Shown: positions 1-5,768, counted from the first letter of the stretch. The stretch is DNA of 6,109 nucleotides from a virus (IMGVR_UViG_2778261418_000002:1-6109), one strand, 5' to 3'. Notes: generated by a model not told the origin, from the letters alone. Translations and numbers: made by a program.

Positions 1-292
1 CATTGGCAAAGGCTGCACGCAACCCGGCCTTAATTTCCTCTACCTCATCAGCACCTGGCGATGAATCTGACAGTGCGTGATGGAATGCGTAAGCCATGTC
101 GTCGTTTACTGCAACTGGCTCTGCTTCAAGCGATGTCAGTGCGATTCGTGCCAGTTCTAGATCTCGTTCAACCATCTCAAGAACAACTTTGCAGTCCGCA
201 CCTTCTTTGCTAACGCGTCCTTTCACGTTTTCCAGATAACTAACGCTTTCGCGTGCATGGGAGATTAACTGTTCTTTGGTAAAGGTGGTCAT
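1..292 (-). CDS. hypothetical phage protein, partial (3' end lies beyond the window start)
   Basis: ATG at 292-290 with AGGAG (303-299) 6 nt upstream. Hand translation (MTTFTKEQLSSHARESVSYLENVKGRVSKEGADCKVVLEMVERDLELARIALTSLEAEP...) stays open to position 1. Absent from the ORF track, presumably because it runs off the edge. No family recognised. Confidence 0.45.
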   Translation of the reverse strand, partial: MTTFTKEQLISHARESVSYLENVKGRVSKEGADCKVVLEMVERDLELARIALTSLEAEPVAVNDDMAYAFHHALSDSSPGADEVEEIKAGLRAAFAN

Positions 293-302
293 TTGTTACT
301 CC

Positions 303-566
303 TTAACCCGCAGTGCTTTCAACTGACGAGGGGAACAAAATCGTTTCATCAAATCCGGCATTCATATCATGGACAGCAGCACACCAATCCATCGACGAAC
401 GATTATCAAGAGCCTCCATGATTACATCCATGCGGCGTAGGTCATACAGGTAAATGTTTTTATCGCCAATGGTGTAAAAGCCTATTTTTTTCGGTGACGG
501 ACAGCGATCAAGAACGTCCTGTAATTCGTTCAACCATGCTTGTTCTTTTTTTGTCAAAGTTGCCAT
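303..566 (-). CDS. hypothetical protein (~87 aa)
   Basis: Part of track ORF 303..656. The track start is implausible because it overlaps the upstream gene. Internal ATG at 566-564 (MATLTKKEQAWLNELQDV...) has an AGGA-type SD about 8 nt upstream and sits 1 nt after the stop of the gene at 568-786. Stop TAA at 305-303. Confidence 0.45.
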   Translation of the reverse strand: MATLTKKEQAWLNELQDVLDRCPSPKKIGFYTIGDKNIYLYDLRRMDVIMEALDNRSSMDWCAAVHDMNAGFDETILFPSSVESTAG

Positions 567-567
567 A

Positions 568-786
568 TCAGCTTTCCTTATATGGGTTGATTTTGTTGTG
601 CAGTGTGTTGAACGACGCCCATACCACGTCGTTATACAATTCAATAACTGGCTCAATTACTTTTCCGATTATCCAGGCCAGTAATAGCGGGGATATCGGT
701 ATCATCAACACGATAAACAGAATGAGAAACAAAAATTCTGTCGCTCTACTTTTTCGCGGATATTCTTTTCTGAATAATGTAGTCAT
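568..786 (-). CDS. small membrane protein (~72 aa, one predicted transmembrane helix)
   Basis: Track ORF 568..786 with ATG at 786-784. Hydrophobic stretch FLFLILFIVLMIPISPLLLAWIIG. Tightly packed with the next gene downstream. A GC hairpin lies directly upstream of the start (793-808). Confidence 0.45.
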   Translation of the reverse strand: MTTLFRKEYPRKSRATEFLFLILFIVLMIPISPLLLAWIIGKVIEPVIELYNDVVWASFNTLHNKINPYKES

Positions 787-792
787 TTCTTA

Positions 793-808
793 CCGCCCTT
801 TCGGGCGG
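793..808 (-). promoter_or_regulatory. RNA stem-loop (6-bp GC stem, GAAA tetraloop on the - strand transcript) 6 nt upstream of the 786 start codon
   Basis: Plus strand CCGCCC-TTTC-GGGCGG at 793-808. On the - strand mRNA it reads CCGCCCGAAAGGGCGG followed by taagaaATG. There is no U-run after it on either strand, so it is not a classical intrinsic terminator. The only purine-rich SD-like bases for the 786 start lie inside the stem. Confidence 0.4.
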
Positions 809-818
809 CCTCCTGACA

Positions 819-1031
819 TTAATCGTTGTAATAACTCATAGCTTCATTTGCAGCATCAACTGGATCAACATCCCACCAGCAATAATTTGGCTCGACTCCT
901 TCAGGTGTCCACAGTTCTAATTCATTTTTTGCCGCATTCTCGTCGCCAGTAATTTTAAAAATCTGCTCAGAAAATTTCCTCACCCACTCGTTATATTTTT
1001 CCGTATTAATGGTTTTCTGTGTATTTAACAT
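819..1031 (-). CDS. hypothetical protein (70 aa)
   Basis: Track ORF 819..1031. ATG at 1031-1029 preceded by GGAGG about 7 nt upstream (minus-strand reading of 1046-1032). No recognisable domain. Confidence 0.5.
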   Translation of the reverse strand: MLNTQKTINTEKYNEWVRKFSEQIFKITGDENAAKNELELWTPEGVEPNYCWWDVDPVDAANEAMSYYND

Positions 1032-1081
1032 AGATATACCTCCAGTTAAGGATTTGATTTTATTTACAGTGCTAAATTTAT

Positions 1082-1438
1082 TTATTCAGTTCTGGATTTC
1101 GTCGCCCTGCGTATCCGCGCTTTCGCGTTACGCTCAATCTGAATTAACTTTTCTATATTTTTCCGCCTTTCCTGTTCCTCCTGGCGCAATAGCCTTACAT
1201 CATCTGCCAGTCTGGTTTCTCTTTTCGCCACTGAGAGCATCCAGTCAAACGGCTCCACAACTGCACCGCAGATTTTACAGCGGACCTGACGCTCTTTTTC
1301 GTCAACCCGGACAGAAGCGTGATGGCAGTATGGTCTTTCCGATGGCTCATAAAGAAAATTAACTTGATTACGTGGGTCATCCTCTTTTACCGGAAATAAA
1401 ACAATATTACTTAACTCATCCTCTGGTTTTATTTCCAT
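1082..1438 (-). CDS. hypothetical protein with Cys/His cluster (C-H-H-x13-C-x2-C) and a basic coiled-coil-like C-terminus
   Basis: Track ORF 1082..1495 begins with GTG immediately after the upstream stop. Preferred start is ATG at 1438-1436 (MEIKPEDELSNIVLF...) preceded by AGGAGAGGAG. Motif PYCHHASVRVDEKERQVRCKICG, then a charged tail RLLRQEEQERRKNIEKLIQIERNAKARIRR. Confidence 0.5.
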   Translation of the reverse strand: MEIKPEDELSNIVLFPVKEDDPRNQVNFLYEPSERPYCHHASVRVDEKERQVRCKICGAVVEPFDWMLSVAKRETRLADDVRLLRQEEQERRKNIEKLIQIERNAKARIRRATKSRTE

Positions 1439-1495
1439 GCTCCTCTCCTTTGATGCGAATGCCAGCGGCAATTGAAGCCTGATAGCTAATTTCAC

Positions 1496-1918
1496 TCACA
1501 GTACCGCCTCCTGAAAATTACCCTGATAGAAAGCCAGTACACGCTGCATAGCTTCGCTCTTCCGGCACTCGCGACAGATTATATTCAGGCGCCTGTCGTA
1601 GCGGCGTATTTCTCCGTCTGGTAATGACCAGATAAGGTCCGGATCAACCGCAGATGGTTTCTTCGGCTTTGCCCTTGAGAGCTTTTTACGGGCATTTTGC
1701 CAGTCCTTACGCGCCTGTTCAGACGGGAATAACCCGTAACCAGAGTTGTATACATCGCCACTGGCAACCAGCTCTCTGGCCAGAACGCTCATCAGATATC
1801 TTGTTGCCCCAGTTTTAGTTTCCAGTTGTCGTAACGTCTCGCGCCCACTCTGGCGTACGAGTTCAACAACCTGCCCTTTAATTTTTTCCCGCTCTTCTTG
1901 TGTAAATACTTTTGCCAT
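1496..1918 (-). CDS. hypothetical protein with an HTH-like segment
   Basis: Track ORF 1496..1933 begins with TTG. Preferred start is ATG at 1918-1916 (MAKVFTQEEREKIKGQ...) with GGAGG 5 nt upstream. HTH-like segment GRETLRQLETKTGATRYLMSVLAREL; C-x2-C near the C-terminus (CRECRK). Confidence 0.55.
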   Translation of the reverse strand: MAKVFTQEEREKIKGQVVELVRQSGRETLRQLETKTGATRYLMSVLARELVASGDVYNSGYGLFPSEQARKDWQNARKKLSRAKPKKPSAVDPDLIWSLPDGEIRRYDRRLNIICRECRKSEAMQRVLAFYQGNFQEAVL

Positions 1919-1933
1919 AGGTGCCTCCGGCAA

Positions 1934-2704
1934 TCACTTTTCCGACACAATACGACTGGAGGAATCGAAAATCTGTCGGACAATATCCCGGTGCCTGTTC
2001 AGCTCCCGCAGCGCAGCGCAGACACGCTCCCACTTCTGGACATGATTTTTCGCCCGACGCAGTTCGCGGTTTGCCAAATGCAGCGATGGCAAAATCAAAT
2101 CATCAGCTCGCGTTGCAGTAAACGATGGCAGCGACTGCACAATGTCCGCTACAGTTTCTGTTTTAATATCTTCCTGTGTTGCAGCTTCCTGTACTGGTAA
2201 CGCAATGCCGGCTGGCTGAGGAAAGGCTTTACCATCATTCTCCGTTACCGATGCGACTTTCGGCTTTACTGGTAAATTCTCGCCCGGCATGCAGTAGCGA
2301 AATTTACCGTTCTGGTTTACGCGTGCCAGCCGCCCCGTTGCGGTTACTACCGCCAGCGTGGAAGCAACCTTGCGAGTGCTGACACCGAACTTACCCGCCA
2401 GTTCCTCACACGTTTTAGCGCCCTCCTGACCGATAAACCCAATCATCATGTCAGCGGTAACTTTTCGTTCGACCTCCCTGGTTAGCACATCCTGTACTTC
2501 AGATTGTGCTGGCTGCTCTTCGGCTACCCCGGATTCACCTTCACCAGCCACACGCCAGGTGTATACGCTTTTATCAACGAAGCCAGCCTTTTTCAGTTCC
2601 CACAGCTCGTTCAGTACTTCTTCACGACTGATATCAAGTCGCGCAGCCAGCTCTACCGACGTGGCTTTTCCCATCGCTTTCAGTGCGTCAAAAACAGTCT
2701 CCAT
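1934..2704 (-). CDS. phage protein with two winged-helix-like domains separated by an acidic linker (resembles prophage proteins I recall as DUF1627; unverified)
   Basis: Track ORF 1934..2704, ATG at 2704-2702 with GGAAGGA SD. N-terminal wHTH-like [43 protein letters not shown]; acidic linker; second wHTH-like [44 protein letters not shown]. Lies directly downstream of the P-like gene. Confidence 0.6.
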   Translation of the reverse strand: METVFDALKAMGKATSVELAARLDISREEVLNELWELKKAGFVDKSVYTWRVAGEGESGVAEEQPAQSEVQDVLTREVERKVTADMMIGFIGQEGAKTCEELAGKFGVSTRKVASTLAVVTATGRLARVNQNGKFRYCMPGENLPVKPKVASVTENDGKAFPQPAGIALPVQEAATQEDIKTETVADIVQSLPSFTATRADDLILPSLHLANRELRRAKNHVQKWERVCAALRELNRHRDIVRQIFDSSSRIVSEK

Positions 2705-2736
2705 AAATTTCCTTCCGGTAAAAATTACTTCTCAAC

Positions 2737-3402
2737 TCAAACAAACCCAGCCGCTTTCCGGCGTTCATATTCCTGTTTCAGCAACTCAATTGGCGTTGGT
2801 CCCGCAGGACGTATGGGTGCTGCCAGTTGCCTACGGACGGGTGGAACACTCAGTCCGTTACCAACATGCTTTGCCCATTTCGTCAGCTGCCGTTCTGCAA
2901 GCCGTTTTAACTCCCCCTCGGTCATCTGCCGCTCAATCCCCTTTGAACGCATCTCGAGGCAAATGTGATACAGCACGGGCTGAGGCCACGGATATTTATC
3001 GCTTCCGTCGTATCGCCAGGACTCATTGCGCCAGCGGCGATATTCCTCCATCACGTTATCCACCGTCAGACCAAATGGATTTGCCCCGCTCTCCGAAATC
3101 AGCGCCACAAACTCAGCCAGGTCCGGAGGCCATGTTTCACCCGCCCGGCAGCGGTCCATGCACTGGCGGCAGACCTGCCGGATTTGCTGCTCAGTCATCG
3201 CGCCAATCTGTACAATCCAGAGCTTCGAAGGTGCGGCCCCGTTCTTCTGGGTCCAGCGGTTCGAATAAATCTCCCCCATGAGTTCCCACAGCTTCCAGGC
3301 AGTTTCCGTCGTTGATAAATCCGTTTTCACGTTCCCACTGCTCACGTGCTGCCCGAATTTCCTGAACTGCCCGTGATGCGGTGCCACCTGGTGCTGCTGC
3401 AT
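2737..3402 (-). CDS. replication protein P-like (lambda P family helicase loader)
   Basis: C-terminal two thirds align by eye to lambda P as I recall it ([19 protein letters not shown] / [13 protein letters not shown] versus lambda AESYPWKSNAHYWLVTNLY / TDAELRRKAADEL). ATG at 3402-3400 has a strong SD (AAGGGGG, about 6 nt spacing) but overlaps the O-like ORF by about 212 nt out of frame. Alternative in-frame ATG at 3198-3196 forms ATGACTGA with the O-like stop. Start uncertain. Confidence 0.75.
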   Translation of the reverse strand: MQQHQVAPHHGQFRKFGQHVSSGNVKTDLSTTETAWKLWELMGEIYSNRWTQKNGAAPSKLWIVQIGAMTEQQIRQVCRQCMDRCRAGETWPPDLAEFVALISESGANPFGLTVDNVMEEYRRWRNESWRYDGSDKYPWPQPVLYHICLEMRSKGIERQMTEGELKRLAERQLTKWAKHVGNGLSVPPVRRQLAAPIRPAGPTPIELLKQEYERRKAAGFV

Positions 3403-4231
3403 GGTTTACCCCCTTGCTGACTGGTTTAGCCTGCGCCCTGACGTGATTTACGTGACGGGCGAATTTCTGCTCCCACTGAACCTGCGTGAAAACTTTACCC
3501 TCCGCTGCCCAGTAGTCCCGGAAGGCGGCAAGTTCAGCTGGTGTAAATTCCGGCTCCGGCAGAGCCACTCCCCACAGAGCCGCCCGTCGTCGAAAATCCG
3601 GCGACGGATGCCAGCCATCGGTCATCGGAAATTTCCCGATGGGTTCGCTCAGGCCTTCCAGGTAATCAGGTTCCGATGTTTGCAACGGCACGCCATTTGC
3701 CTCACTGACCGGAGCACTCTCGCGCACGCGCGCGTTATGTGTGGGGTTTAATTCTTTATCTGTATCTTTATCTGTCGTGACTCGTCGTGACATGTCGTGA
3801 CATATGCGTGACTCGTCGCGCGCCCCCTCATTCTGTTTTCGTAATTTTTCCCTCTCGCGCTGCGCTCTCTTGCGCTCTGCCGGGGATTTCGCGGTTTGTG
3901 AAACGTTGCCATTGTCCTCTTTCAGTACCTGGCGTTTTTCCCATCCACTGATCAAATCTCCATCAAGTACCCGCCCCTGCATTGCCTGTAAAATTGAATC
4001 AATTACTTCTTCCGTCACATCAAGCGCACTTGCTAAATCTTCCGTCGTGACATCAATGTGACCACGTAGTGACACGCCGTGACATGTCGTGACATTTCGT
4101 GACGCGCTCACCAGAAGGTGGATATACACAGCCATCACTGTTGCGATTGGCTGCCCTGACACCCTGGCAATTGTTCGCCACTTAGGGTCATTTGGCATGT
4201 CATGCCATAATCTGAGCCAGGCGTTAGCCAT
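3191..4231 (-). CDS. putative replication initiator (lambda O position; YdaU/DUF1376-like by recollection)
   Basis: Track ORF 3191..4237 begins with GTG. Preferred start is ATG at 4231-4229 ([18 protein letters not shown]...) with GAGGTG SD. Sits between the CII-like and P-like genes as O does in lambda. Contains two embedded GTGAC repeat arrays and an AT-rich block, as ori lambda lies inside O. The family name is from memory. Confidence 0.65.
   Translation of the reverse strand: MANAWLRLWHDMPNDPKWRTIARVSGQPIATVMAVYIHLLVSASRNVTTCHGVSLRGHIDVTTEDLASALDVTEEVIDSILQAMQGRVLDGDLISGWEKRQVLKEDNGNVSQTAKSPAERKRAQREREKLRKQNEGARDESRICHDMSRRVTTDKDTDKELNPTHNARVRESAPVSEANGVPLQTSEPDYLEGLSEPIGKFPMTDGWHPSPDFRRRAALWGVALPEPEFTPAELAAFRDYWAAEGKVFTQVQWEQKFARHVNHVRAQAKPVSKGVNHAAAPGGTASRAVQEIRAAREQWERENGFINDGNCLEAVGTHGGDLFEPLDPEERGRTFEALDCTDWRDD
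3775..3812 (+). repeat. iteron-like array A: four direct (T)CGTGAC repeats at 10-11 bp spacing
   Basis: GTGAC at 3777, 3787, 3797 and 3808. Preceded by an AT-rich block with two ~11-bp direct repeats (tctttatctg, 3752-3774) and an alternating CG tract (3721-3734); followed by GCGCGCC. Confidence 0.55.
4044..4103 (+). repeat. iteron-like array B: six direct GTGAC-core repeats at 10-11 bp spacing
   Basis: GTGAC at 4047, 4058, 4069, 4079, 4089 and 4099, all in the same orientation. The motif falls in all three codon phases of the O-like frame (peptide [20 protein letters not shown]). Confidence 0.55.
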
Positions 4232-4302
4232 ACTCACCTCTTTTGATACCGAATCTTTTTACTCACAAATTGCCGGAAGTGATCTGGTATGAATATCGCG
4301 AG

Positions 4303-4728
4303 TCAATGCACAGCCACAATATTTCCTGCAGGGCCACCACGATTCATCTGGTTGAAACCAGCGATCGCCACTGCGACAAAATCATCAGCGTCTCTCACCA
4401 GTCGTTCCCGCGTCTCCACCAGCTCCCGAAAATAGGCTGAACTGTGGCTGCGCATTCGGGCCACCAGCAGAGGTGGCATTGCTTTTTCGATCGCTGGTAA
4501 CAACGCCTGAATTTTTTTAACCGCATCAGGGGTGTCTTTCTCCACCCAGCGGAATATTTTCTGAGTATTGCGAGCCAGGGCTTCCGGATGGCTGTCGTCA
4601 TATAGCTCCGGGAACGTCATACCAAGCTCAAAATAAGCCCGGGTTATTTCAGCTGCCGGAACTTTTTCACCGTCCGGATGCGCCCAGACATTCATCGCCA
4701 TGCGGATGTGTTCATGCTTGATTTTCAT
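4303..4728 (-). CDS. ydaT: YdaT-like protein (CII functional analog in Rac/CP-933P-type prophages)
   Basis: Track ORF 4303..4728, 141 aa. Begins MKIKHEHI and ends IVAVH, matching my recollection of E. coli YdaT in length and termini. Its ATG overlaps the stop of the Cro-like gene (TAATG). Occupies the cII position. Confidence 0.7.
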   Translation of the reverse strand: MKIKHEHIRMAMNVWAHPDGEKVPAAEITRAYFELGMTFPELYDDSHPEALARNTQKIFRWVEKDTPDAVKKIQALLPAIEKAMPPLLVARMRSHSSAYFRELVETRERLVRDADDFVAVAIAGFNQMNRGGPAGNIVAVH

Positions 4729-4940
4729 TAATCATTCTTTCCTTCGTTCGAGGTGCTATCCTGCTTCTTGTAAAGTTCTGGGTTGTATTTCAATTCACCG
4801 TTAGTAATTTCATCCAGTTCCATTGCGCGAAGTTTGGGAATAACTGCTTTCCACCGCACAACAGCCACATGTGAAATTCCAAGAGCCTCAGCTACTAGTC
4901 GCTTTTTTTTGAAATAGCGCAGAACATCATCTTTGAACAT
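4728..4940 (-). CDS. Cro-like HTH regulator (YdaS/DicC-like)
   Basis: Track ORF 4728..4940, 70 aa. ATG at 4940-4938 with AGGAG SD at about 6 nt. HTH signature KRLVAEALGISHVAVVRWK. First gene of the operon divergent from the repressor. Confidence 0.75.
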   Translation of the reverse strand: MFKDDVLRYFKKKRLVAEALGISHVAVVRWKAVIPKLRAMELDEITNGELKYNPELYKKQDSTSNEGKND

Positions 4941-4969
4941 AAAACTCTCCTGTTATTTCGAGCGGGAGG

Positions 4970-4983
4970 GTAACAATAGTTAC
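4970..4983. promoter_or_regulatory. operator-like palindrome GTAAC-AATA-GTTAC (proximal to cro)
   Basis: Perfect 5-bp inverted arms with a 4-bp spacer in the cro/cI intergenic region. Lies where the -10 of a leftward promoter would fall, given the perfect TTGACA -35 at 4996-4991 on the - strand. Confidence 0.45.
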
Positions 4984-5017
4984 ATAGAAATGTCAACCAT
5001 AGCAACATCACTTGGTA

Positions 5018-5031
5018 GTAACATTGGTTAC
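5018..5031. promoter_or_regulatory. operator-like palindrome GTAAC-ATTG-GTTAC (abuts repressor start codon)
   Basis: Same half-sites as the 4970-4983 site. Ends 1 nt before the ATG at 5032. Contains TAACAT, a possible -10 for a leaderless repressor transcript. Confidence 0.45.
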
Positions 5032-5706
5032 ATGAAAAACACTATCAGCGAACGTATTCGGAATCGTCGAAAAGACGTTGGATTAACCCAACAGCAGGTT
5101 GCGAAAGCAATCGGCATATCTCGTGTATCCGTAACAAAATGGGAAAATGGCTCTTCAAAACCTGACGGTGAGAATTTGCATCTACTGTCAAAATTGCTTT
5201 CCAAATCTCCTGAATGGATTCTTTATGGAAAGGACTGTCACGATAAAACCGATGATCTGCGTCTGAATCAGTACCCTTACATTAGTGACAACATCGCCCG
5301 GTTGCCCGTTTTAACGTGGGAACAGGCTGGTTATTGGGATATGAGTTGTCCAGTAACCGAGATTCCTGGTATTAAGAATTGGGTTGATGTCATGACAAAA
5401 ACCGCTGAAAACTCTTTTTTATTGCATGTTGAGGGAGATGCGATGACAAACTCTAACGGCCTCCCAACCATCCCCGACGGATCTACCGTGCTGATCACAC
5501 CATGCTCAAGTAACATTAGAGAACTGGTGGGAAAAATAATCTTAATCCAATTGGAAGGAACGCCAAACGTAACACTAAAAAAAGTTGCGATTGACGGACC
5601 AAACATCTATCTGTTGTCACTGAATCCGCTTTACAAACCCATCGAACTGAATGGTGGTTACACCATTAAAGGTAAAGTTTCACAAATACATCAATACTTA
5701 GACTGA
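5032..5706 (+). CDS. CI-like prophage repressor: N-terminal XRE-type HTH plus C-terminal LexA/S24-like domain with Ala at the nucleophile position
   Basis: Track ORF 4933..5706 begins with TTG. Preferred start is ATG 5032 (MKNTISERIRNRRKDVGLTQQQVAKAIGISRVSVTKWENG), which leaves both operators intergenic; ATG 4990 is an alternative. C-terminal domain aligns by eye to lambda CI/LexA: QAG at the Ala-Gly cleavage position, VEGDAM where lambda has VEGNSM and LexA VSGMSM, and TLKKV...LNPLY versus lambda TFKKL...LNPQY. Confidence 0.8.
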   Translation: MKNTISERIRNRRKDVGLTQQQVAKAIGISRVSVTKWENGSSKPDGENLHLLSKLLSKSPEWILYGKDCHDKTDDLRLNQYPYISDNIARLPVLTWEQAGYWDMSCPVTEIPGIKNWVDVMTKTAENSFLLHVEGDAMTNSNGLPTIPDGSTVLITPCSSNIRELVGKIILIQLEGTPNVTLKKVAIDGPNIYLLSLNPLYKPIELNGGYTIKGKVSQIHQYLD

Positions 5707-5711
5707 GTCAG

Positions 5712-5738
5712 AACCCGCATTCATTGCGGGTTTTTTAT
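5712..5738 (+). terminator. rho-independent terminator of the repressor gene
   Basis: 8-bp stem AACCCGCA / TGCGGGTT with loop TTCAT, followed by TTTTTTAT, 6 nt after the stop codon. Confidence 0.65.
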
Positions 5739-5768
5739 GCCCTCAAGTGTACCTTTTGCAACATTGTA

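Noticed and set aside
494-841. 115-aa + strand ORF
   Set aside because: Antisense to the packed - strand small genes; no RBS; crosses two - strand gene junctions.
1009-1362. 117-aa + strand ORF and the 61-aa - strand ORF 1195..1380
   Set aside because: Overlap the 1082-1438 gene in other frames or on the opposite strand. No translation signals. The - strand gene has a strong SD.
1585-2382. Assorted ORFs overlapping the 1496-1918 and 1934-2704 genes (1585..1767 -, 1746..2045 +, 1792..1983 -, 1898..2200 +, 1921..2121 +, 2176..2382 +)
   Set aside because: All nested within or antisense to longer ORFs that have good ribosome-binding sites and domain-like sequence; they are likely frame artefacts.
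2448-3281. 277-aa + strand ORF (and the overlapping + strand ORFs 2504..2968, 2965..3315, 3026..3268)
   Set aside because: Antisense to the well-supported wHTH and P-like genes. The translation is Ser/Pro/Ala/Arg-rich and low-complexity, typical of the reverse frame of GC-rich coding DNA. No SD or promoter context.
3861-3878. Direct repeat tgcgctctct / tgcgctctgc resembling a nut boxA (CGCTCTT)
   Set aside because: It is on the + strand inside the - strand O-like gene, so it would not be in an early transcript. Most simply explained by the repetitive [11 protein letters not shown] peptide encoded on the other strand. Only two copies.
3775-4103. Possibility that the GTGAC arrays are a CRISPR array
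   Set aside because: Repeat units are 5-8 bp at 10-11 bp spacing inside a protein-coding gene, with no 25-40 bp repeats and no spacers.
3401-4440. + strand ORFs inside the O-like and YdaT-like genes (3401..3751, 3804..4061, 4089..4292, 4243..4440) and the - strand ORF 4395..4601
   Set aside because: Antisense or out-of-frame shadows of the O-like and YdaT-like genes; no start signals.
4933-5031. Track start (TTG at 4933) and ATG 4990 for the repressor
   Set aside because: Either would place both operator palindromes inside coding sequence, and the TTG start overlaps the cro start region. The HTH begins a typical distance after ATG 5032. ATG 4990 is kept as an alternative.
5331-5606. 91-aa - strand ORF inside the repressor gene
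   Set aside because: Antisense to the CI-like gene, which has clear HTH and S24-like domain signatures.
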